From assembly GCA_050309775.1 (NCBI GenBank), contig JBNRMV010000005.1, forward strand, positions 5,460 through 69,459: a DNA stretch of 64,000 bases. The letters run 5' to 3'. How positions within the stretch are numbered: the stretch's first letter is position 1; every line of letters starts with the position of its first letter. Below the pieces are notes generated by a model, which ran no database searches, had not been told where the DNA came from, and saw only the letters and a list, made by a program, of their open reading frames with translations. The position numbers and the translations under genes were made by a program. Source of the stretch: Christensenellales bacterium (GTDB lineage Bacteria > Bacillota > Clostridia > Christensenellales > DTU072). Shown here one piece after another: positions 55,746 to 64,000 of this stretch.

Positions 55746-56681
55746 TTATATAAACGCCTTTCCGTTGCAACCCAAGACATTTACTATCTTGTGTCTGACG
55801 ATTTTTTCGACTGCCTGTCTTGCCGGTCCGAGGTACTGTCTGGGGTCGAAGTGAGAGGGGTTGTCTGCGAAATACTTTCTGATGGTCGCCGTCACCGCCA
55901 TTCTGATGTCGGAGTCAATGTTTATTTTGCAGACCGCCATTGATGCGGCTTGGCGCAGCATCTCTTCAGGAACGCCTTTGGCTCCCGGCATGTTGCCTCC
56001 ATACTGGTTTATTTGTTCAACAAGATATTGCGGAACGCTGGATGCGCCGTGCAGTACAATGGGATAGTTCGGCAATCTTTTCTCGATTTCTTCAAGTATG
56101 TCAAAGCGCAATTTGGCTTCGCCCTTAAATTTGAATGCGCCGTGGCTGGTGCCTATGGCTATTGCAAGGCTGTCAACGCCTGTCTTGGTGACAAACTCCA
56201 ACACTTGGTCGGGGTCGGTAAAGGATGCGTCCTTTTCGCTGACATTTACGGCGTCTTCGATGCCTGCCAGTCTGCCCAGCTCGGCTTCCACAACTACTCC
56301 CTTGTCATGCGCATATTCGACAACATTTTTTGTTATCTTGATGTTTTCGGCAAAGCTATGGTGCGATGCGTCTATCATGACAGAAGTAAATCCAAGGTCT
56401 ATGCTCTCCTTGCATAGTTCAAAAGTATCGCCATGGTCAAGGTGCAGGCAGATGGGTAATCCGCTTTCTTCGACAGCCGCTTCTACCATCTTTCTCAAAT
56501 AAATGGGGTTGGCGTATTTTCTTGCGCCGGCGCTTACCTGAAGAATCAGCGGAGCGCTCTCTGCTTTGGCAGCGGCTACTACGCCTTGGATAATCTCCAT
56601 GTTATTGACATTGAATGCGCCTATTGCATAATTGCCTTCATAGGCGTCCTTAAACATTTTTGTACTTGTGACTAGTGGCAT
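55746..56681 (-). CDS. fba: Class II fructose-1,6-bisphosphate aldolase
   Basis: AFNVNNME, HLDHG, VEAELG, AIGTSHGAFK, VLHGASS, KINIDSD. Start at MPLVTS (56681) after SD GGAGG. Confidence 0.96.
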   Translation of the reverse strand: MPLVTSTKMFKDAYEGNYAIGAFNVNNMEIIQGVVAAAKAESAPLILQVSAGARKYANPIYLRKMVEAAVEESGLPICLHLDHGDTFELCKESIDLGFTSVMIDASHHSFAENIKITKNVVEYAHDKGVVVEAELGRLAGIEDAVNVSEKDASFTDPDQVLEFVTKTGVDSLAIAIGTSHGAFKFKGEAKLRFDILEEIEKRLPNYPIVLHGASSVPQYLVEQINQYGGNMPGAKGVPEEMLRQAASMAVCKINIDSDIRMAVTATIRKYFADNPSHFDPRQYLGPARQAVEKIVRHKIVNVLGCNGKAFI

Positions 56682-56713
56682 TTTGTCCTCCAGCATTATT
56701 TTTTTATAATGAT

Positions 56714-56742
56714 ATTATACTACTTGATTACCTTTTGGTCTA
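56714..56742 (-). promoter_or_regulatory. SigA-type promoter for fba
   Basis: TAGACC-17 nt-TATAAT. Confidence 0.55.
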
Positions 56743-56799
56743 GCTTTTTTACATAATACGGCAATCTTTTATGTGTGACTCAATCAAATTCTATAAGAA

Positions 56800-58416
56800 T
56801 TAGCGAATGTTGTAGCCTTTCTTTTGAAGCGCCATGAGTTGCATATTCAGCTGCTCAATAAATTCTCTGTTGTTGGCGGTTTTGACCAGCATATTGATAA
56901 GAATTTCTGTGGTGTCGGCGTTTTCTCCGTTGGAAAGCATCTTTCTCATGCCCCAAATGCCCTCAAGTTCCTTTTGGTCAAGCAACAGCTCTTCTCTTCT
57001 GGTGCCGCTTCTGTTGAGGTCGATTGCCGGGAAAATGCGCTTTTCGCTGAGTTTGCGGTCAAGGTGAATTTCCATGTTGCCGGTGCCTTTGAATTCCTCA
57101 TATATGACATCGTCCATTCTGCTGCCGGTATCAACAAGCGCCGTGGCTATTATCGTCAGGCTGCCGCCGTCTTCTATATTCCTCGCAGCGCCGAAGAAAC
57201 GCTTGGGGTTGTGGAGCGCGCCCGGGTCGATACCGCCCGACAGCGTTCTGCCCGTCGGCGCAATGACCAGGTTGTACGCTCTTGCAAGCCTGGTGAGGCT
57301 GTCCATAAGTATGACGACATCTTCGCCCATCTCTACAAGCCTTTTTGCTCTCTCCAATACAAGTTCCGACGCCTTGGTATGATGCTCGGGAGTCTCGTCA
57401 AAGGTGGAATATATGACTTCGCCGTGTATGGAGCGCTGCATATCCGTAACCTCTTCGGGTCTTTCGTCAATGAGCAACACAAGCAAATGTACATTGGGAT
57501 AATTGCGGCTGATGCTATGCGCAATCTTTTTTAGCAATGTTGTTTTGCCTGCCTTGGGCGGTGAAACTATCATTGCTCTTTGTCCTTTGCCTATGGGCGC
57601 AACCAAATCTATTGCGCGAATGGCAAAATCGTTCTTTATGTTGGGTATTTCAAGCCTGAATCTGTGGTCTGGATATATTGGGGTCAGTGTGTCAAAATTC
57701 TTTCTGTTATAAATGCTCTCAAGCGGTTTGCCGTTTACGGACAGAATATTAAACACCCCGGCCGGACGGTTTTCCGTCTGTTTGCGCGCCTCTGCTTTCA
57801 CATAGTCGCCCTTTCTTAGTCCCCATTTTTTTATGCGCTGCGCGGCAAGATAAGCGTCGCCTTCGCCCGGCTCACAATTCTTTGCGCGGAGAAAACCATA
57901 TCCGTCGGGCATAATCTCAAGCACGCCTTCTTTCTGCAATACAGGCAAATCCTCTTCACTAGGTTGCGGCTGCGCCGGTTCCTTTTTGAACCATGGACGG
58001 TTGTCTTTTGGTTGCTCGTTGCGTTGGCGCTCACGGGGCACAAACTCCTTCGGCGGCTCTTTGACAACAGCGGGCTTGACGGCTTCGCGCTTTTCTTCCT
58101 CTACGGGGAAGGCGTCCTCCGGTCCGGCAAGCACGCCGTCAAGTATCTTGGCGCCAACATCGTCCGACATAGATGCCTTGGGCGTTTGTAGCGTCATTAT
58201 CGTCTTTGGCGGACGGCCGCGCCCTCTTTTTGTTGTGGGTTTTTGTTCAGCGGGACTTCCTTGTTTGACCTCTTCAATTCTTTCCATGATGCAGTCTATT
58301 AAATCTCCTTTGCTTTTTGAAGTTGGTGACTTGACACCTATTTCCCTGCCGATATGGCGCAATTCAAAAATATTCATAGCGTCATACTGCTCTTTTGTAA
58401 AACCAGAATAAATCAT
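56800..58416 (-). CDS. rho: Transcription termination factor Rho with N-terminal insertion domain
   Basis: GVLEIMPDGYGFLR, PPKAGKT, DERPEEVTDM, GGIDP, FFGAARN, EEFKGTGNMEIHL. Confidence 0.97.
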   Translation of the reverse strand: MIYSGFTKEQYDAMNIFELRHIGREIGVKSPTSKSKGDLIDCIMERIEEVKQGSPAEQKPTTKRGRGRPPKTIMTLQTPKASMSDDVGAKILDGVLAGPEDAFPVEEEKREAVKPAVVKEPPKEFVPRERQRNEQPKDNRPWFKKEPAQPQPSEEDLPVLQKEGVLEIMPDGYGFLRAKNCEPGEGDAYLAAQRIKKWGLRKGDYVKAEARKQTENRPAGVFNILSVNGKPLESIYNRKNFDTLTPIYPDHRFRLEIPNIKNDFAIRAIDLVAPIGKGQRAMIVSPPKAGKTTLLKKIAHSISRNYPNVHLLVLLIDERPEEVTDMQRSIHGEVIYSTFDETPEHHTKASELVLERAKRLVEMGEDVVILMDSLTRLARAYNLVIAPTGRTLSGGIDPGALHNPKRFFGAARNIEDGGSLTIIATALVDTGSRMDDVIYEEFKGTGNMEIHLDRKLSEKRIFPAIDLNRSGTRREELLLDQKELEGIWGMRKMLSNGENADTTEILINMLVKTANNREFIEQLNMQLMALQKKGYNIR

Positions 58417-58537
58417 TTATTCCTCCTGAAAATCTATTTATTATCGCTTTGTTGTTTGATAGCTTAATTAAAATAATTCCTGACTTCTATACAATAATTT
58501 ATATTATTATTACAATAATTATACGCTCAATAAATTA

Positions 58538-58563
58538 TTTCATACATCAAAAGATGTATGAAA
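58538..58563 (-). terminator. Hairpin terminator after prs-MBL hydrolase
   Basis: TTTCATACATC-AAAA-GATGTATGAAA perfect 11-bp stem 7 nt after the stop. Confidence 0.75.
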
Positions 58564-58570
58564 GCTTTTC

Positions 58571-59218
58571 TTATGTGTGTTTGAGTACTATTATTCGTGT
58601 TCTTTCTCCGTCAAAATCCGTTCTGTTAAATTCAATATAGTTATCTTTAATGTATTCGACATCGTCTTCATCAAATAAATCTACAAAATCGTCTGCTGAA
58701 GCGATGTCAATTTGTGTGTCTTTGTTGGCATAGTGCATGGGTATGACTATGTCGGGCATAAGGAAGTCCACATATTCCTTGGCTTGTTCGGCATTCAGGG
58801 TGTATTTTCCGCCGACAGGAATGAACAAAACATTTATGGGAGTAATCAGTTCTGCAAGCATCGGAGAAAGCTCCTCGCCGATATCGCCCAAGTGGCAAAT
58901 GTCTACTCCGTCAATGCGAAACTTAAAAACCAAGTTTTTGCCCCTTATTGCGCCCTTTTTTGCATCGTGATAGCTCATTATGCTATAAATATGCACGCCT
59001 TTTATTTCAAATGCGCCGGTGCGGTCAAGCACAACAGGGTTGCCGCCCACAAGTTCTACGGCATTGTGGTCGTCATGGCGATGACTAACCGTCACAGCGT
59101 CGGCCTCTACCTGCGGCATTTGCTCGCCTATATAGGGGTGATATGGGTCGGTAACCACGCTTGTGCCGGTGCTTTCTGTCAGCTTGAAACTGGAGTGCCC
59201 AAGCCATTCGATTTTCAT
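58571..59218 (-). CDS. MBL-fold metallo-hydrolase
   Basis: WLGHSSF, SHRHDDH (HxHxDH), HLGD, IPMHY. Confidence 0.88.
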   Translation of the reverse strand: MKIEWLGHSSFKLTESTGTSVVTDPYHPYIGEQMPQVEADAVTVSHRHDDHNAVELVGGNPVVLDRTGAFEIKGVHIYSIMSYHDAKKGAIRGKNLVFKFRIDGVDICHLGDIGEELSPMLAELITPINVLFIPVGGKYTLNAEQAKEYVDFLMPDIVIPMHYANKDTQIDIASADDFVDLFDEDDVEYIKDNYIEFNRTDFDGERTRIIVLKHT

Positions 59219-60384
59219 TCAGCCTCCTTCTTCATGCGTTTTAGTAGTTCTTCAATTCTGTCAGATGAACCAAGCAGATTTGATAAAGACTTGTTTTGGT
59301 TGCAGGCGGATATGATATACGCAATATACTTTGAAATGTCGGCTTCAACATACCAGTCCAAACTTTTGATTTCTTCTTTGCAATAAGTCAGGTTTGTGCT
59401 TATTACGGCGGTGAAATAGCCCTCGTCATAAGCTTTTTGGAACTTCTCTGCGCCCTCAGTAAATAAAGCATAAGTTGAGGCAAGGAAAATTCTGTTGGCG
59501 CCCTCTTTCTTCAAATCATAACACAGTCTAAGCATAGAATCGCCCGTTGCTATGATGTCATCAGCTACAAATACATCTTTGCCTTTTACGCTGGTTCCGA
59601 TATATTCGTGCGATATTATGGGATTTCGTCCGTTTATGATTGTAGAATAATCCCTTCTCTTGTAGAACATACCCAAGTCCAAACCAAGCACAGAGGCATA
59701 GAATATGTTTCTGTTCATGGCGCCTTCGTCGGGTGACACAATAATGAAGCTGTCTTTGTCAAATTTCAGGTCCGGAAAACGGGCAACAAGCGCTTTCATT
59801 ATTTGGTAAGTCGGCAGGAAGTTGTCAAAGCCCATGAGCGGCACAGCGTTCTGCACTCTGGGGTCATGCGCGTCAAAAGTGATTATGTCTTTTACGCCCA
59901 TGGCATAGAGTTCTTGCAACATCTGCGCACAGTCAAGCGATTCTCTCGAGTTGCGACGGTGTTGTCTGCCGCCATACAGCATCGGCATGATGACGGTAAT
60001 CCGCTCAGGTTTGCCGCCGGCTGCTGAAATCAGCCTCTTCAGGTCGGCAAAGTGGTCGTCCGGCGACATTCTGTTCTCTTGACCCAACATATTGTATTTG
60101 CAGTGATAGTTGCCGACATCTACTAATATATATAGGTCATAGCCTCTTACGGTGTCATTTATGATACCTTTGCCGTCGCCGGTGGTAAACCTCGGACAGG
60201 CTGAAGGTATTATGAAAGTGCTTTTTTTGAATCTGCTGTTTTGTTTTCCTATGTCTCTATTGTACCATTGTGTTAGGTAATAATCAATAAGGTTTCCTAA
60301 ATCTGTTGCTCCTTCAAGGACCAGCAATCCTAAAGGAGCCACGGGACTTGCATCGTCGAACACGGTATTAAAAAAAGTGGGCAT
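59215..60384 (-). CDS. prs: Ribose-phosphate pyrophosphokinase (long clostridial type)
   Basis: RFTTGDGK, YGGRQHRR, FDAHDPRVQ, VSPDEGA, DDIIATGDSM. Confidence 0.92.
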   Translation of the reverse strand: MPTFFNTVFDDASPVAPLGLLVLEGATDLGNLIDYYLTQWYNRDIGKQNSRFKKSTFIIPSACPRFTTGDGKGIINDTVRGYDLYILVDVGNYHCKYNMLGQENRMSPDDHFADLKRLISAAGGKPERITVIMPMLYGGRQHRRNSRESLDCAQMLQELYAMGVKDIITFDAHDPRVQNAVPLMGFDNFLPTYQIMKALVARFPDLKFDKDSFIIVSPDEGAMNRNIFYASVLGLDLGMFYKRRDYSTIINGRNPIISHEYIGTSVKGKDVFVADDIIATGDSMLRLCYDLKKEGANRIFLASTYALFTEGAEKFQKAYDEGYFTAVISTNLTYCKEEIKSLDWYVEADISKYIAYIISACNQNKSLSNLLGSSDRIEELLKRMKKEAE

Positions 60385-60414
60385 TAATTTCCTCCACAGT
60401 ACCCTTATGCTACT

Positions 60415-60443
60415 AGTATATCATAGTTAAAATAGTATTTCAA
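60415..60443 (-). promoter_or_regulatory. SigA-type promoter for prs
   Basis: TTGAAA-17 nt-TATACT with extended TG; SD GGAGG downstream. Confidence 0.65.
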
Positions 60444-60521
60444 ATAAATATACGCTTGATTATCACATAATAACAAATAAAATTAAGTATTTTTTTGCGT
60501 TTTTTGTCCTATCGATTATTT

Positions 60522-62426
60522 TTAGGTCTGAATAAAGGGTACCGAACACTCTTCGGCGTCTTCTTCCTGACCTCCGATAAATTGGCTTCTGTACAAGTCG
60601 CTGTAAAAACCGCCCTTTGCCATAAGCGTCTCATGGTTGCCTTGCTCAACGACATTGCCGTGGTTCATAACAAGTATGACAGAGGCGCTTTTTATGGTAG
60701 ACAGCCTGTGCGCAATAACAAAACTTGTTTTGCCCTTCATCATAGCCAGCATTGCACTCTGAATATATTTCTCTGTTCTTGTGTCAACACTGCTGGTGGC
60801 TTCGTCAAGTATGATAATTTTGGGATTCTTAAGAATGGCTCTGGCTATTGTCAGCAACTGTTTTTGTCCTTGAGATATGTTGCCTGCGTCGTCGCTTAGC
60901 ACGGTATCATAGCCGTGTTCCATGCTTTCAATAAAGTTGTGCGCATATGCTTGTTTTGCCGCAGAAATAATCTCTTCTCTGGTTGCTTTCGGGTTGCCGT
61001 AGGCTATATTGTCGGCAACGGTGCCTTCAAACAACCAAGTATCCTGAAGCACCATTCCATACAGACTTCTCAAATCGTCTCTGTTATAATCTCGTATGTC
61101 CTTGCCGTCAATGGTTATGCTGCCGCCGCTGACTTCATAAAACCGCATAAGCAGATTTACCAGCGTTGTCTTGCCCGCTCCCGTAGGTCCTACGATAGCT
61201 ATGGATTCACCTGAGTTGACATGCAGGCTCAAGTCTGTAATAAGCGGACAGTCTTTGTTGTATGCAAATTTGACATTTTTGAATTCAACTTCGCCGATAA
61301 CGCCCGAAACATCTGTCTTTTCTTTGTCGGGTTCCATCTCCTCGATTTCAAACATCTTAAACACTCTTTCGGCAGCCGCAACGGCTGTTTGAATGGTGTT
61401 GGCTATGTTGCTGACATTTTCTATCGGCTGCGAGAACTGCCTTGTGTATTGTATAAATGCCTGTATGTCTCCGATGCTGACAACGCCTCTGCCGGCTCTG
61501 AATGCTCCGAATACGCATATTGCCACATAAACCAGGTTATTGATAAACTTCAGCGAAGGAAGAATGACGCCGGCAAGGAACTGCGCACGTTTTGTGGCAT
61601 GCTCCAGTTCGTCATTGATTTTTTCATAGTCTTTTATGCTCTCTTCCTCATGTGAATACAGCTTTATAACTCTATGCCCGGTGTACACTTCTTCTATATG
61701 CCCGTTCAGCTGCCCGATATAATACTGCATGTTGGCAAACTCTTTTTGGCTTTTCTTTATGATAGCCTTTGAAACAAGTCCAAGTATGGGCAAACTTGCA
61801 AGTGAAATAAGCGCCAGCACATAGTCCAGTCTTATCATCATAACAAACACGCCGATAACCGTCATTGTTGCGGATATAATTTGTATAAAGCTCTCTTGGA
61901 TAGTAACCGAAACCATCTCAATGTCGTTTGTGACACGGGAAATTATGTCGCCTGTGGAAGTCTGGTCATAATACGAAAGCGGCACTTTGTCAAGTTTTTC
62001 TTTCAGGTCATTTCTCAGCCTACGCACAACCTTTTGGCTTGTCGTTGCGCCTATCATATTGCTGGCAAACTGGAATGTGGCGTTCATTACATATAAGGAT
62101 ACGCATGTCCAAGCTATCTGAGAAACATATCCCAAGTCCACATCCTTGAAAAACTGTATGCTCTCCACAAGGTGGTTGGTGATTTTTTTCATGATGTCAG
62201 GCGCCCAAACGGCAAACCATGCGCCGGCAGCAGCAATAAGTATCATTGCGATAAGCTGCGGATATTGCGGCTTGAAATACTTTATCAACCGCTTAAGCGT
62301 GCCTTTGAAGTCCTCTGCCTTGCGGACTTTTTCGGCAATCTGCGGTCCGCCTACGCCTAAAGCGCCGCCAATGTCAATACCTTTGCGCGGGGCGGTTTCG
62401 TTGGTTTTTATGTTGTCTGTGTTCAT
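60522..62426 (-). CDS. ABC exporter half-transporter (TM288-like, consensus catalytic residues)
   Basis: TMD plus GPTGAGKT, ISQGQKQ, IILDE, AHR. Confidence 0.9.
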   Translation of the reverse strand: MNTDNIKTNETAPRKGIDIGGALGVGGPQIAEKVRKAEDFKGTLKRLIKYFKPQYPQLIAMILIAAAGAWFAVWAPDIMKKITNHLVESIQFFKDVDLGYVSQIAWTCVSLYVMNATFQFASNMIGATTSQKVVRRLRNDLKEKLDKVPLSYYDQTSTGDIISRVTNDIEMVSVTIQESFIQIISATMTVIGVFVMMIRLDYVLALISLASLPILGLVSKAIIKKSQKEFANMQYYIGQLNGHIEEVYTGHRVIKLYSHEEESIKDYEKINDELEHATKRAQFLAGVILPSLKFINNLVYVAICVFGAFRAGRGVVSIGDIQAFIQYTRQFSQPIENVSNIANTIQTAVAAAERVFKMFEIEEMEPDKEKTDVSGVIGEVEFKNVKFAYNKDCPLITDLSLHVNSGESIAIVGPTGAGKTTLVNLLMRFYEVSGGSITIDGKDIRDYNRDDLRSLYGMVLQDTWLFEGTVADNIAYGNPKATREEIISAAKQAYAHNFIESMEHGYDTVLSDDAGNISQGQKQLLTIARAILKNPKIIILDEATSSVDTRTEKYIQSAMLAMMKGKTSFVIAHRLSTIKSASVILVMNHGNVVEQGNHETLMAKGGFYSDLYRSQFIGGQEEDAEECSVPFIQT

Positions 62427-64000
62427 AAACCGATTTCCTCCTCGCTAAATTGTGACAACGCTATATCTTTGTACAGCTGGCAGCTGCGCAGCAAATCTTC
62501 GTGCTTGCCCTCTCCGACCATTCTGCCGTCGTCCAAAACAATGATGTTGTCTGCGTCCATAATCGTGCCTATTCTTTGCGCAACAATAATCATAGTCGCA
62601 TCTCTGGTTACGGGTTTCAGCGCGGCGCGCAAATTGGCGTCAGTCTTGAAGTCCAATGCGCTGAATGAGTCGTCAAATATGTATATTTCAGGATTTCTCA
62701 CAATGGCCCTTGCAATGCTCAAACGCTGTTTTTGTCCGCCTGAGAAGTTGCGTCCGCCTTGCTCAACCCATGAGTCCAAACCGTTTTCTTTTTCTTTGAC
62801 AAAGCCGTCGCTTTGCGCTATCTTCAGAGCTTGCCAAATCTCCTCATCGGTAGCGTCCTTCTTTCCGTAGCGTAGATTGTCCCTTATAGTGCCGGAGAAC
62901 AGCACAGATTTTTGCGGAACAAAACCTATCTTTGCGCGCAATGCCTCTTGCGGCATATCTTTTATGGATTGACCGTTGACAAGGATTTCTCCGTCGGTAA
63001 TATCATAAAATCTCGGAATAAGGTTTATGACGCTTGATTTGCCGCTGCCGGTGCCGCCGACAATGGCTGTCACCTTGCCCTTTTCGCAGACAAACGAAAT
63101 ATTTTCCAGCGTATTCTTTTCTGCATCTTCAGAGAATTTGAAGTTGACATTTTTGAACTCTACCTTGCCCTGTCCGACGCCTCTGTCGGCCGCGTCCGGG
63201 CTGTCTACAATGGCAACTTGCGTGTCCAAAACCTTGTTTATTCTCCACGCCGATGCGCTGGCTCTGGGATAGACAACGACAACCGTCGCCAACATTATTA
63301 AAGCAAACATTATTTGAGTGGTATATTGAATAACCGCCATCATGCTGCCCACATCGTCTATGGTGTCGTTTGCTATGCCTTTTGCCGCAACCCATACTAT
63401 CAGAATCATGGTGCAGTTCATAACAACAGCTATGAGCGGCGCCAGTACAGCGGTATATCTGTTTACGGTAATTGACAGCTTTGTGGTGGCTTCGTTCATC
63501 TTTGCAAAGCGCACTCGCTCTCTTTCTTGCTGATTGAAAGCCCGCACTACTCTTATGCCGGTAATCGATTCACGAATAATCTGCGTCAACTGGTCAACTT
63601 TTTGTTGAATAAGTTTTATGATTGGATATACTATCTTAACCGCAACTCCTACGGCAAGGAAAAGTATCGGCAAGCAATAGAAAAGCACAGTCGTCATTTC
63701 TGCATTCTTGCGCATCGACAAAATTACGCCGCCCACTATCGTGACGGGCGCCGCAAGCGCCGTACGCAAAATCAGTAAAAATACATTCTGTATCTGGCTG
63801 ATATCGTTTGTCGAACGGGTAATCAGACTTGGCGTGGAGAATGTGTCAAACTCCACCAATGAAAAGCCCTCTACCTTATTGAAAACCTGACTTCTTATTG
63901 TTTTTGAAAAATTTGCCGCAATCTTTGCGCTAAGTTTCATGGCTGTTATGGCGCAAATGGACGCAAAGACCGTCAACAGCAGCATAATGCCGCCTTTGGT
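62423..64000 (-). CDS. ABC exporter half-transporter (TM287-like, degenerate site); 5' end beyond the window
   Basis: GGTGSGKS, FSGGQKQR, degenerate Walker B IFDD and Q-switch AQR. The frame stays open to position 64000. Confidence 0.9.
   Translation of the reverse strand, partial: TKGGIMLLLTVFASICAITAMKLSAKIAANFSKTIRSQVFNKVEGFSLVEFDTFSTPSLITRSTNDISQIQNVFLLILRTALAAPVTIVGGVILSMRKNAEMTTVLFYCLPILFLAVGVAVKIVYPIIKLIQQKVDQLTQIIRESITGIRVVRAFNQQERERVRFAKMNEATTKLSITVNRYTAVLAPLIAVVMNCTMILIVWVAAKGIANDTIDDVGSMMAVIQYTTQIMFALIMLATVVVVYPRASASAWRINKVLDTQVAIVDSPDAADRGVGQGKVEFKNVNFKFSEDAEKNTLENISFVCEKGKVTAIVGGTGSGKSSVINLIPRFYDITDGEILVNGQSIKDMPQEALRAKIGFVPQKSVLFSGTIRDNLRYGKKDATDEEIWQALKIAQSDGFVKEKENGLDSWVEQGGRNFSGGQKQRLSIARAIVRNPEIYIFDDSFSALDFKTDANLRAALKPVTRDATMIIVAQRIGTIMDADNIIVLDDGRMVGEGKHEDLLRSCQLYKDIALSQFSEEEIGL

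Noticed and set aside
60522-64000. ABC pair as a bacteriocin/RiPP or defence exporter
   Set aside because: No peptidase C39 domain, precursor peptide or modifying enzymes nearby. It is an ordinary TM287/288-type heterodimeric exporter.

Overview
A 64-kb chromosomal segment from a low-GC Gram-positive anaerobe, most likely class Clostridia. It is probably a spore former (spmA/spmB are present). It is almost entirely housekeeping genes, about 80% of them on the minus strand: hisG(partial)-hisZ, recG/fakA/asp23, rpmB, glyA-iscS-iscU, comM-dprA-topA-trmFO-hslV-hslU-hisS-rseC-trxA, uvrC-HAD-hprK-murB-whiA-crh-like-dnaE, minDE, dnaX-ybaB-recR, murG, gap, leuS, mscS, spmAB, rsmI, fba, rho, prs and a heterodimeric ABC exporter. 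I see no tRNA, rRNA, CRISPR array, prophage, integrase or transposase. Accessory content is three orphan surface proteins (a 1988-aa BspA-type LRR lipoprotein, a 678-aa Ig/FIVAR-like membrane-anchored protein and a 603-aa GLUG lipoprotein) and a three-gene cassette appended to recR. That cassette is the best candidate for an undescribed system: an AhpD-like CxxC protein, an SDR of the mycofactocin-coupled (nicotinoprotein) type and a YhhN lysoplasmalogenase-like membrane protein. Other oddities: an HPr homologue with Lys at the His15 position, an AT-hook motif in the Rho insertion domain, several apparently leaderless genes, a consensus promoter overlapping the murB start codon, and repeated loss of single genes from conserved Firmicute clusters. 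All calls come from reading motifs by eye; no database searches were run.
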